A stretch of 64,000 nucleotides of DNA, taken from an uncultured Candidatus Saccharibacteria bacterium. GTDB lineage: Bacteria; Patescibacteriota; Minisyncoccia; Sungbacterales; HO2-52-23. The position numbers and the translations under genes were made by a program. The stretch is from the NCBI GenBank assembly GCA_964585475.1, contig CAZPDF010000003.1, positions 7,983-71,982 of the forward strand, written 5' to 3'. Of the stretch, positions 56,744 to 64,000 are shown one piece after another (position 1 is the stretch's first letter; every line of letters begins with the position of its first letter). The notes beneath the pieces were generated by a model. That model was not told the origin of the DNA. It worked only from the letters and a program-made list of their open reading frames with translations, and searched no databases.

Positions 56744-58213
56744 ATGGCCCAAAAAACTTCTATTCCAGATGCAGTTAAAGAGGTGGTTGAAAAACTGCAA
56801 AATGCCGGATTTGAGGCCTATATTGTCGGTGGCTGCGTACGGGATTTGCTGCGTGGAGAAAAACCCAAGGACTGGGATGTCACGACTTCGGCGCATCCGG
56901 AGGAGATTATAAAAATCTTTCCGGAGAGTTTTTATGAGAATAAGTTTTTGACGGTAACGGTAAAGACGGGGTCGGAGGACCAGACGCTTCGCGAAATCGA
57001 AATAACGACGTTTCGCGCCGAGGGGAAATATACGGACAAACGACACCCGGACGAGATAAGATTTGCCAAAACGCTCGAGGAGGATTTGTCCCGCCGTGAT
57101 TTTACGATTAACGCAATGGCGATGGATGCGGAGGACAATTCAACCGACCCTTTTGAAGGACAAGCGGATTTGAAGAAAAAAATTGTCCGCGCGGTAGGAG
57201 AGCCGGAGAAACGTTTTGATGAAGATGCCCTGCGGATGATGCGGGGTGTGCGCCTCGCGACCGAATTAAATTTTACTATAGAGGAAGAGACGGAGCGCGC
57301 GATTAAGAAATTGGCCGGCAACCTTCAATTTATCGCCAAAGAGCGAATCCGCGACGAGCTAGTTAAAATTATCGGAACTCCCCACGCGCGGGAAGGTATT
57401 GAGCTGCTCCACGAACTCGGACTCCTCAAATTTATAATTCCCGAACTTGAAGAAGGAATCGGAGTTGAGAATCGTCCAAGGGTTTTTACCATTTGGGAGC
57501 ACAACTTAAAAGCGTTGGAATACGGGGCAAAGACCAAATTCCCGCTTGATGTTAAGATCGCGGCCATGCTCCATGATGCTGGGAAGCCCCGCACCAAAGG
57601 CCCCATGAAAAATAACGAGTGGACTTTTTATGGGCACGATGTTGTGGGAAGCCGAATGGCGGCAGCCCTTCTCTTGCGGCTGCATTTTCCGCGGGAAACC
57701 GTAGAAAAAATATCAACGCTCATTCGCTGGCACCTTTTCAAGTACGACCCCGATGAGGGCATTACCGATTCTTCGATCCGCCGCCTGATCCGCAGAGTCG
57801 CGCCGGAAAATATGGATGATCTGGTCAAGCTTCGTATCTGCGACCGCATGGGCATGGGGGTTCCCAAGGCCGTTCCCTACCGACTGCGACACTTCCAATT
57901 CCGGGTTGAGAAAATTTTGCGGGAAGAAGAGACGCCGACACCAAAAATGCTCAAAGTGAACGGCGACGATATTATGAAAACTTTGGGAATCGAGCCGGGA
58001 CCGAAAGTCGGACATGTTCTTGAGGTGTTGCTACAAGAAGTAATTGATGAGCCCGTAAAGAATAGCCGTGAAAGTTTAGAATCGAGAATCAAGAATTTGG
58101 GGAAGCTCGAGGATAAGGAGCTCGTGAAGCTTGCCGAAGATGCCGAATCGAAAGTGGAAATGGTAGAAGATGAGCGAGTTTCGAAAATAAAGCAAAAGTA
58201 TTGGGTTAAATGA
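56744..58213 (+). CDS. cca: CCA tRNA nucleotidyltransferase with HD domain
   Basis: VGGCVRD, DWDV, E..Y...R.P flexible loop, RRDFTINAMA, EDALR, HDAGK. Confidence 0.93.
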   Translation: MAQKTSIPDAVKEVVEKLQNAGFEAYIVGGCVRDLLRGEKPKDWDVTTSAHPEEIIKIFPESFYENKFLTVTVKTGSEDQTLREIEITTFRAEGKYTDKRHPDEIRFAKTLEEDLSRRDFTINAMAMDAEDNSTDPFEGQADLKKKIVRAVGEPEKRFDEDALRMMRGVRLATELNFTIEEETERAIKKLAGNLQFIAKERIRDELVKIIGTPHAREGIELLHELGLLKFIIPELEEGIGVENRPRVFTIWEHNLKALEYGAKTKFPLDVKIAAMLHDAGKPRTKGPMKNNEWTFYGHDVVGSRMAAALLLRLHFPRETVEKISTLIRWHLFKYDPDEGITDSSIRRLIRRVAPENMDDLVKLRICDRMGMGVPKAVPYRLRHFQFRVEKILREEETPTPKMLKVNGDDIMKTLGIEPGPKVGHVLEVLLQEVIDEPVKNSRESLESRIKNLGKLEDKELVKLAEDAESKVEMVEDERVSKIKQKYWVK

Positions 58214-58280
58214 AGCTCCACGGGCAAGCCCGTGGTCTTCTGGCGCGTGGATAAAAAAAGCACCCGCTGGGGGTGCTACG

Positions 58281-59390
58281 TTACCATTTAATATTTAGCA
58301 AAGTCTCTTTTACGGCGTTAATAAACGGATCAAGCGCGTATTTCGTGCTATCAAAGTGCGCAATACGGATGACTTCGTCACGTGTTTCTCCCAGACCAGG
58401 CGCAATCTTATAACCTTTCTCTTCCAGTCGGTCAACCAGATCTGTAGCCCTCCATCCGGGGGGCACACGAAGCACGCTCAATCCTTCAACTGGTGTCGAG
58501 CGGGGGAACTCGCGGAACCCAAGTTTCAGAAGTTCATGACGGAAATACCGGCTGCGATTCTCATGCTCTATATACCATTGCTCCTCCCGCTGTAATACGT
58601 GGGCGAGAATCGCCTGCATTCCCATGATGAGATCTACGGGCGGAGTGAAGCGAATGGAGTTTTTTCTCACAAATCGCAGTTCGTCTCGTATGTCAAGGAA
58701 ATATTCCGGATAGGCAAGCTCCTCGTATTTAAGCACTTCCATGGCCCGAGGCCCAATTAAGATAAAAGAAAGCCCCGGCGGCAGCAGAAACGCCTTTTGG
58801 CTTGCGCCAATAAGAATATCTATTCCCTGCTGCTCCATCTTGATCGGATAAAGACCTCCAGCCAGCACCGCATCCACCGCCAAAAGCGTTTTCGGGGAGA
58901 ACTGCGCTAGTACCCCTTTCATGTGGTGGCAGCCGTTCACGACACCCGTTGATGTTTCGGCGGCCTGCATGAGGAGAAGTTTGGGTTGATAGGTCTTCAG
59001 CGATTGCGCGAGCACCGTAAAATAATACGTCTCTCCCCACGTACTCTTACACTCATGAACGGTGGCCTTGTAGCGTTTCGCAATATCGTACCAGCGATCA
59101 GCAAAAAACCCCGTATTGGCAATAAGAACTGGTTCATCGGGCCTGATGAAGTTTAAGATCGCTGCTTGCATCATGCTCGTGCCGGATCCCGGAAAAAGAA
59201 GCGCTTCGGTACGCGGTGCGCCAAATAGCTCCCGCAATTTTTCCCTAAGATCCGTCATTACATGCGCGAACTCTTGGCCGCGATGATACAGTGAGTGGGA
59301 CTGCATTATGTTATAAAGCCACGCTGGAGTTTCGGTGGGTCCGGGAGTCAAGCGTATTTTTCTCAAAGAGCACCTCCTTGCTGGTTGCAT
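58281..59390 (-). CDS. Class V PLP aminotransferase (serine-pyruvate/alanine-glyoxylate family)
   Basis: LTPGPT, GSGT, ETSTG, VDAV, ASQKAFLLPPGL, IRIAH. Confidence 0.88.
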   Translation of the reverse strand: MQPARRCSLRKIRLTPGPTETPAWLYNIMQSHSLYHRGQEFAHVMTDLREKLRELFGAPRTEALLFPGSGTSMMQAAILNFIRPDEPVLIANTGFFADRWYDIAKRYKATVHECKSTWGETYYFTVLAQSLKTYQPKLLLMQAAETSTGVVNGCHHMKGVLAQFSPKTLLAVDAVLAGGLYPIKMEQQGIDILIGASQKAFLLPPGLSFILIGPRAMEVLKYEELAYPEYFLDIRDELRFVRKNSIRFTPPVDLIMGMQAILAHVLQREEQWYIEHENRSRYFRHELLKLGFREFPRSTPVEGLSVLRVPPGWRATDLVDRLEEKGYKIAPGLGETRDEVIRIAHFDSTKYALDPFINAVKETLLNIKW

Positions 59391-59451
59391 CTTAAGCTAG
59401 TATATATAATAGTATTTGCGAGTCAATTGTTGCGAGAGATCAGTCTTTATG

Positions 59452-59728
59452 CGGGCCGTAGTATAGTGGTAGTACGCGGGGCTCTCCCCGTTAGAAATAT
59501 CGGGCCATAGTGTAGCGGTAGCACGAGTCCTTCGGGAGGATTTAGCCCCGGTTCGAATCCGGGTGGCCCGAGGAAAAATTTCTAACGGGGCAAGGGACTC
59601 CGTAGACTGGGGCGAAAAGATCGATGATCTTTTCGCGGGCCGACCACCAAGTTAAGTGAGCTTTGCGAGCGTTTTATGAAGGTCGGCCCGGGAATTTGCG
59701 AGGAGCAAATTGATTCCCAGCGGCCCGA
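59452..59728 (+). pseudogene. Outer Pro-like tRNA interrupted in the anticodon loop and T-loop
   Basis: CGGGCCG/CGGCCCG-A acceptor, GTAT/GTAC D-stem, CGGGG/CTCCG anticodon stem, CTGGG/CCCAG T-stem, two insertions. Confidence 0.8.
59501..59571 (+). tRNA. tRNA-Pro(CGG), intact, nested
   Basis: CGGGCCA/TGGCCCG-A; AGTCC-TTCGGGA-GGATT; CCCGG-TTCGAAT-CCGGG. Confidence 0.92.
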
Positions 59729-59729
59729 A

Positions 59730-60344
59730 ATGGAAAATAAAAATATGCAGGCCATAGCAGATTTTGTTTATGAGAGTGGAATTTTGAGCAAAACCCCGCG
59801 CTCCGGTTTATGGTTTTTGGGAACAGGCAGTCAGAGTGTGGCCGAGCATACGCTCCGAACTGCTTTTATCGGTTTTGCGCTTTCTTTTCTGACCCCGAAA
59901 GCAAATAGGGACAAGGTGATTGTTATGTGCCTAATGCATGACCTTGGTGAGGGACGAACCTCCGATCTTAACTACGTTCATCAAAAATATGGCCGTCTGG
60001 CCGAAGCGCAGGCCATTGCCGACATAGCAAAAAGCGTTCCTTTTGGAAGCGGCATCAAGAAAATATATGAAGAAGTGGAAGAGAAAAAGACCATCGAGGC
60101 CAGGTTGGTAAAAGACGCTGATCAGCTTGAGTGGCTCGCAACGCTTCGCGAGGAAGAGACTAAAGGGAACACTAAGGCGCGCGTGTGGGCAAAAATTGCC
60201 CAGAAGCGCCTAAAAACTTCGGCCGGGAAGAGACTCGGGAAAGCGCTTTTGGCACTCCACCCGGACCACTGGTGGTTTGATGAAAAGGATAGATGGTTTG
60301 TAGACCGCAAGGTCGTAGATAAAAAGTGGAAAAGAAGAAAATAA
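59730..60344 (+). CDS. HD-domain hydrolase (YfbR/5'-deoxynucleotidase-like)
   Basis: RSG, QSVAEH, MHDLGE..SD, KDADQLE. Confidence 0.85.
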   Translation: MENKNMQAIADFVYESGILSKTPRSGLWFLGTGSQSVAEHTLRTAFIGFALSFLTPKANRDKVIVMCLMHDLGEGRTSDLNYVHQKYGRLAEAQAIADIAKSVPFGSGIKKIYEEVEEKKTIEARLVKDADQLEWLATLREEETKGNTKARVWAKIAQKRLKTSAGKRLGKALLALHPDHWWFDEKDRWFVDRKVVDKKWKRRK

Positions 60345-60347
60345 TAA

Positions 60348-60418
60348 GGGCCTATAGGTAAGTGGTATACCGGGTCATTCGCATTGACCAGTCGCCAGTT
60401 CGATTCTGGCTAGGTCCA
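60348..60418 (+). tRNA. tRNA-Ala(CGC)
   Basis: GGGCCTA/TAGGTCC-A with G3:U70; GGTCA-TTCGCAT-TGACC; GCCAG-TTCGATT-CTGGC. Confidence 0.9.
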
Positions 60419-60551
60419 AGGAACCTCCACGCAGCTTGCTGCGCAGAGCTAAAAAATGCAGAAAATAGTATTCTATTAAAATTATCCAGGAGCCATTAAA
60501 TCAAAAAACGGCCCCCGAAGAGCCGCTTTCTTGTTTTAATCTCCCGTTTAA

Positions 60552-60932
60552 CTATAAACCGTATTTCTTGGCTTCGTCTGGGTATTTATGAGTAAAGTCT
60601 CCTTTAGTTAAACCAAGGACTTGCTCCAGCGCTTTTCCTCCACCGATATTTTGACTAGGCTTAGTATTGGGTCGTCCTCCATCTTTTCGGATAAGATATC
60701 CTTCCTTGTCTAATTCGCCCGTAAACTCTCTTTCAAAATACTCCCTATCTTGTGTTTTCAGAAACTCTAGTGACCTTTCCTCAAGCATTTCTTGATACCT
60801 TGCATCACTATCTATATTTTCATATGAAAATTCAATTTTCCTCCGGCCTGTCCCACCAGCCTCCAAGTTAGAAGTTGGGCCGCCATCAACATTTTCCTCT
60901 TGTATGGGCGGAAGCCCCTCAAATCTTGGCAT
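60552..60932 (-). CDS. Hypothetical protein
   Basis: ORF with lower GC; followed by a hairpin and T-run on the minus strand. Confidence 0.55.
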   Translation of the reverse strand: MPRFEGLPPIQEENVDGGPTSNLEAGGTGRRKIEFSYENIDSDARYQEMLEERSLEFLKTQDREYFEREFTGELDKEGYLIRKDGGRPNTKPSQNIGGGKALEQVLGLTKGDFTHKYPDEAKKYGL

Positions 60933-61097
60933 AGTGTAAACTTAGCTTGTATTTATATTTTGTGCAAGCGTCCGAAAACCCCAAACCGAGCCCTGGAAAA
61001 TAATTCAAAAAGTTATAATGTCATTTCATAGTGCTCGGCCCTGAAATGAGACACGCCGTCAATACGAAAATCAACCCACACCAGTTTCAGTTTTTGA

Positions 61098-61670
61098 TTA
61101 GGTTACTTTCACTTTCAATTTCTGCACTACCCCACGTTTTTTCTTTGGCAGGCGGATGGTGAGAAGTCCGTGTTTTAGCGTGGCCTCGGCCTCCTCCTCA
61201 TCAATTTCTTCCGGCAAAATCACGGATCGAGAAAAAGTTCCCCAGAAGAGCTCTTTATAATAATAGTTTTTGTCGTTAACCTCCTCAAGGCGCTCTCGTC
61301 TGCCACGTATGGTCACCGTATCGCTCGTAATCGAAATATCAAGATTCTCCGGCGTAACACCCGCAACAGTTGACTGGATGACGATGGTGTCCCCCTTGTC
61401 GTAGATATCTACCGTGAGTTCCCCCTCCTCCTCAAGCGGCTCTTCTTCTTTCGAGATGGCCTCCGCTTCTTCCGCCTCCACTTTAAGGTGCATGGTTTTT
61501 GGCTCCGCCGCCGGAGGAGAAATTTTGGGGCGCTCCGCCAAGGACGAGGCTCGCCCCGGTGGGCGGCCGGGCCGGCGCGGGGTTTCTGACGCGATCACCA
61601 CGGGGTTTTCCTCTCGGTCTAAAGCACTCGGCACGGAGGACTTCGTAAGTTTTTCAAAAAATGTGGACAT
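61098..61670 (-). CDS. Hsp20/alpha-crystallin family small heat-shock protein
   Basis: VDIYD, AGV..ENLDI, ELFWGTFSRSVILP, GLLTIRLPK. Confidence 0.92.
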   Translation of the reverse strand: MSTFFEKLTKSSVPSALDREENPVVIASETPRRPGRPPGRASSLAERPKISPPAAEPKTMHLKVEAEEAEAISKEEEPLEEEGELTVDIYDKGDTIVIQSTVAGVTPENLDISITSDTVTIRGRRERLEEVNDKNYYYKELFWGTFSRSVILPEEIDEEEAEATLKHGLLTIRLPKKKRGVVQKLKVKVT

Positions 61671-61676
61671 GTAACG

Positions 61677-62450
61677 TTATACGTGCGGTATTTCCGCCTT
61701 CGAGCGTTTCAGACGCTCGAAGTCAATGAACACCATCACGGCCATTACGGCAAGAAGCAAAATGATATAAAACGGTCCCTCGGTGAGAACCTCTCTTTTA
61801 AGAATAAGGTAATTGAAAAATGTGTGCAACAGCGCGGCCATGGTTATCCCCAGGGCCAGGAAGTGGCGGCGGTGCGGGTGGAACCAGGCGCGAGCCAGAA
61901 AGAACCCCACAATTCCCGAAGAGAGGGCGTGAAGCAGGTTTGCTCCAAGAAACCGGTTGGTTGCGACATCCAAACTTGCCCAAAGAGTATCCGGAGCAAG
62001 CGGTAGGGCCAAAATTGCATTCTCGGCCATTTGGTAGAAAAACTGAAAGGAGAAAAGAGCGTTTTCTAACGAAGCAAAGCCGAGGGCGGCCGTCATCATG
62101 TAGACCATGGCATCCACGGGTTCATCAAAGTCCCTTCTATTTAGAATGAGGAATTTTACGGGCAGATATTTTACATACTCTTCAATAAAAGCAATTCCTA
62201 AAAAAAGAAGCCGCGGATCAACCATGGGCGGAGATCCTCCTCCGCAACTCCCGGATACGATAAAAATCCAGGCGCATTCTGCCGCAAGAGCAAGTACGGC
62301 CGACACCACTCCTCCGATGAAGGCCAGGATAAGCATCAATTTCGGCTCGGGATGCCTGTCTTCGCGTAAATAAAAAAGGAGCCAGAGAAGTGGCGGAAGA
62401 AACGTGAGAAGGAGATAGCTTACATTTGATTGGATGAGAGCGGCAGTCAT
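61677..62450 (-). CDS. PrsW family intramembrane metalloprotease
   Basis: HPEP, EEYVK, GFASLEN, LLHA, LHTFFN. Confidence 0.9.
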   Translation of the reverse strand: MTAALIQSNVSYLLLTFLPPLLWLLFYLREDRHPEPKLMLILAFIGGVVSAVLALAAECAWIFIVSGSCGGGSPPMVDPRLLFLGIAFIEEYVKYLPVKFLILNRRDFDEPVDAMVYMMTAALGFASLENALFSFQFFYQMAENAILALPLAPDTLWASLDVATNRFLGANLLHALSSGIVGFFLARAWFHPHRRHFLALGITMAALLHTFFNYLILKREVLTEGPFYIILLLAVMAVMVFIDFERLKRSKAEIPHV

Positions 62451-62510
62451 ATTCGCTTGCGCTCAAATTAAAAATTGAAAATGCAAAATGAAAAATTTTT
62501 GAGTTAGAAT

Positions 62511-64000
62511 CTAAAACGGCCACTTCTCCACCAGTAGAAGTTGTTTATTTTCTATCGGGAGGTGGGCCCAAATCTCCTCGGTTATAAACGGAAGGAAGGG
62601 ATGAAGAAGCTTGAGCGACTCGGCAAGAACGTATAGAAGAATTTGCTGAGTCGACCCTTGGCTTTTGACATCCGACATTTGACCTTTTGATGCCTCAAGG
62701 TATTTATCGCAAAATTCATGCCAGAAAAAGTCATAGAGCGTATGCAGCGCCGGCCCGAAGTCATATTTTTCAATCCTCGTATTTATTTCTTTCTTGGTTT
62801 TTTCGAGCGCCGTCAGAATTTTTCTGTCGGCGGCCGTTTTTGGTTTAGTTGGTAGTTGGTAGTTGGTAGTTGGTAGTTGCGTAAGCACAAACCGGCCGGC
62901 ATTCCAGATTTTGTTGCAGAACTTTTTACCGGCGACGACGTGCTCTTCCGACCAGTGGATATCCTGACTCCTCATCGTCTGCCAGATAAGGCCGAAGCGG
63001 GTGGCATCGGCCCCGTAGCGCGAGATTAAATCCAGCGGGTCTATGCCCGTGCCGAGTGATTTTGACATACGCCTGCCTTCTTTGGTGAGAATGGTCGCGT
63101 GGATAATTACATCTTTGAAAGGGGCCCGCCCAACGAATTCAAGGCCTGAAAATATCATCCGTGCAACCCATAAATTAATTATACCACGGTCGGTTGAGAG
63201 CACCGAGGTTGGATAGAACGTTTCAAAATCTGTTTTTTGGGGTCTACCCGCCGAAACTTTAGCGGAGGCGGGCCACCCGAGAGCGGCCAACGGCCAGAGG
63301 GCGGAGGAAAACCATGTGTCCAGGACATCTTCCACTCCCTCAATCGGAATTTTATGGCCCCACCAGATTTGGCGTGAGACGCACCAATCCTTTACGTTTT
63401 TCAGCCAGTCAAAATAGACATTTTCCCAACGCGTGGGATGGAAACGGACCTTTCCGGATTTCACGGCCTCCATCGCCATTTTGGCAAGCTCGTCCATTTT
63501 GAGGAACCATTGTTTTGAGAGGAGCGGTTCAATCACGGCCCCGCAGCGATAGCAGATGGAGAGATTATGCATATAGTCCTCAGTCCGTTCCATGAGGCCG
63601 AGCTCTGTGAGGTCTTTTGTGATCTGCTCCCGCGCCTCTGCGACTTTGAGTCCCTCGTAGCGCTCGCCGGCTTCCGCGGACATCCTGCCCTTCTCGCCGA
63701 TTACTTTTAAAATCGGAATTTCGGGATGCCTCTGATAAATTTCAAAGTCGGTTTCATCGTGCGCCGGAGTTACTTTAATGATGCCCGTGCCAAACTCGGG
63801 ATCCGCGGCCTTATCGGCAATCACCTTGATTTTAATATCCTTGAGTTTTGGCGGCTGATCCCGCGGTATGGAGTTGTCTACGGACTGGATGACTATTTCT
63901 TTCCCTGCATATTTTTTGTACCGCTCGTCTTTGGGGTTTACGGCCAGAGCCGTATCGCCGAGCTTAGTTTCCGGGCGCGCGGTTCCTACGGTGAGCGGCC
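62511..64000 (-). CDS. valS: Valine--tRNA ligase (5' part outside the window)
   Basis: GTGIIKVTPAHD, DWCVSRQIWWGH, DVLDTWFSS, RMSKS, FCNKIWNA, FCDKYLE; ORF open to the window edge. Confidence 0.95.
   Translation of the reverse strand, partial: PLTVGTARPETKLGDTALAVNPKDERYKKYAGKEIVIQSVDNSIPRDQPPKLKDIKIKVIADKAADPEFGTGIIKVTPAHDETDFEIYQRHPEIPILKVIGEKGRMSAEAGERYEGLKVAEAREQITKDLTELGLMERTEDYMHNLSICYRCGAVIEPLLSKQWFLKMDELAKMAMEAVKSGKVRFHPTRWENVYFDWLKNVKDWCVSRQIWWGHKIPIEGVEDVLDTWFSSALWPLAALGWPASAKVSAGRPQKTDFETFYPTSVLSTDRGIINLWVARMIFSGLEFVGRAPFKDVIIHATILTKEGRRMSKSLGTGIDPLDLISRYGADATRFGLIWQTMRSQDIHWSEEHVVAGKKFCNKIWNAGRFVLTQLPTTNYQLPTKPKTAADRKILTALEKTKKEINTRIEKYDFGPALHTLYDFFWHEFCDKYLEASKGQMSDVKSQGSTQQILLYVLAESLKLLHPFLPFITEEIWAHLPIENKQLLLVEKWPF

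Noticed and set aside
56504-59728. tRNA insertions as group I/II introns
   Set aside because: Inserts are 34-110 nt, consist of inverted arms plus tRNA or hairpins, and show no recognisable catalytic core.
56657-59729. N-terminal extensions of cca (from 56657) and the HD protein (from 59676)
   Set aside because: They overlap tRNA or repeat sequence; downstream ATGs (56744, 59730) fit promoter position and family motifs.
45-63502. Numerous short antisense or overlapping ORFs in the track
   Set aside because: They are shadows of well-supported genes on the opposite strand or frame, with no motifs.
1-64000. Alternative genetic code 25 (UGA=Gly)
   Set aside because: TGA ends conserved genes at expected lengths (ruvA, rpmH, mutM, rnpA).

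Overview
Replication-origin region of a small-genome bacterium, most likely Patescibacteria/CPR (Parcubacteria-like). The call rests on gene content (CPR-type pilin, PrgI/VirB4/VirB6-like cluster, comM, pilB) and on near-absent biosynthetic genes; TGA is used as a stop, so genetic code 11 applies. The window holds the dnaN-dnaA-rpmH-rnpA-yidD-yidC-jag origin cluster, DNA repair genes (uvrB, mutM, polA, ruvA/B/C dispersed, pcrA), cell-wall genes (murE, femAB-like, PBP1A, LysM-M23) and RNA metabolism genes (pnp, rpsO, cca, rsmA, tsaE, tyrS, valS). The most striking signal is 'nested' tRNA genes around the CCA-adding enzyme. An intact tRNA-Arg(UCG) sits inside the D-loop of a second tRNA-Arg(UCG). 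An intact tRNA-Pro(CGG) sits inside the anticodon loop of a second Pro-like tRNA. A degenerate Lys(CUU) sits inside a third tRNA-like gene. The Arg and Pro inner copies are each carried between 13-bp inverted arms of a REP-like palindrome family (CCCC...GGGG plus a CYTG-like tetranucleotide), which also occurs empty elsewhere. Several families of small palindromes and 7-/9-nt periodic repeats are dispersed through the window, many inserted in-frame in core genes. One 9-nt repeat family brackets a GxxExxY nuclease-like gene. A three-copy structured element lies near ruvA, ruvB and ruvC. All calls were made by eye from the sequence; no database searches were run.
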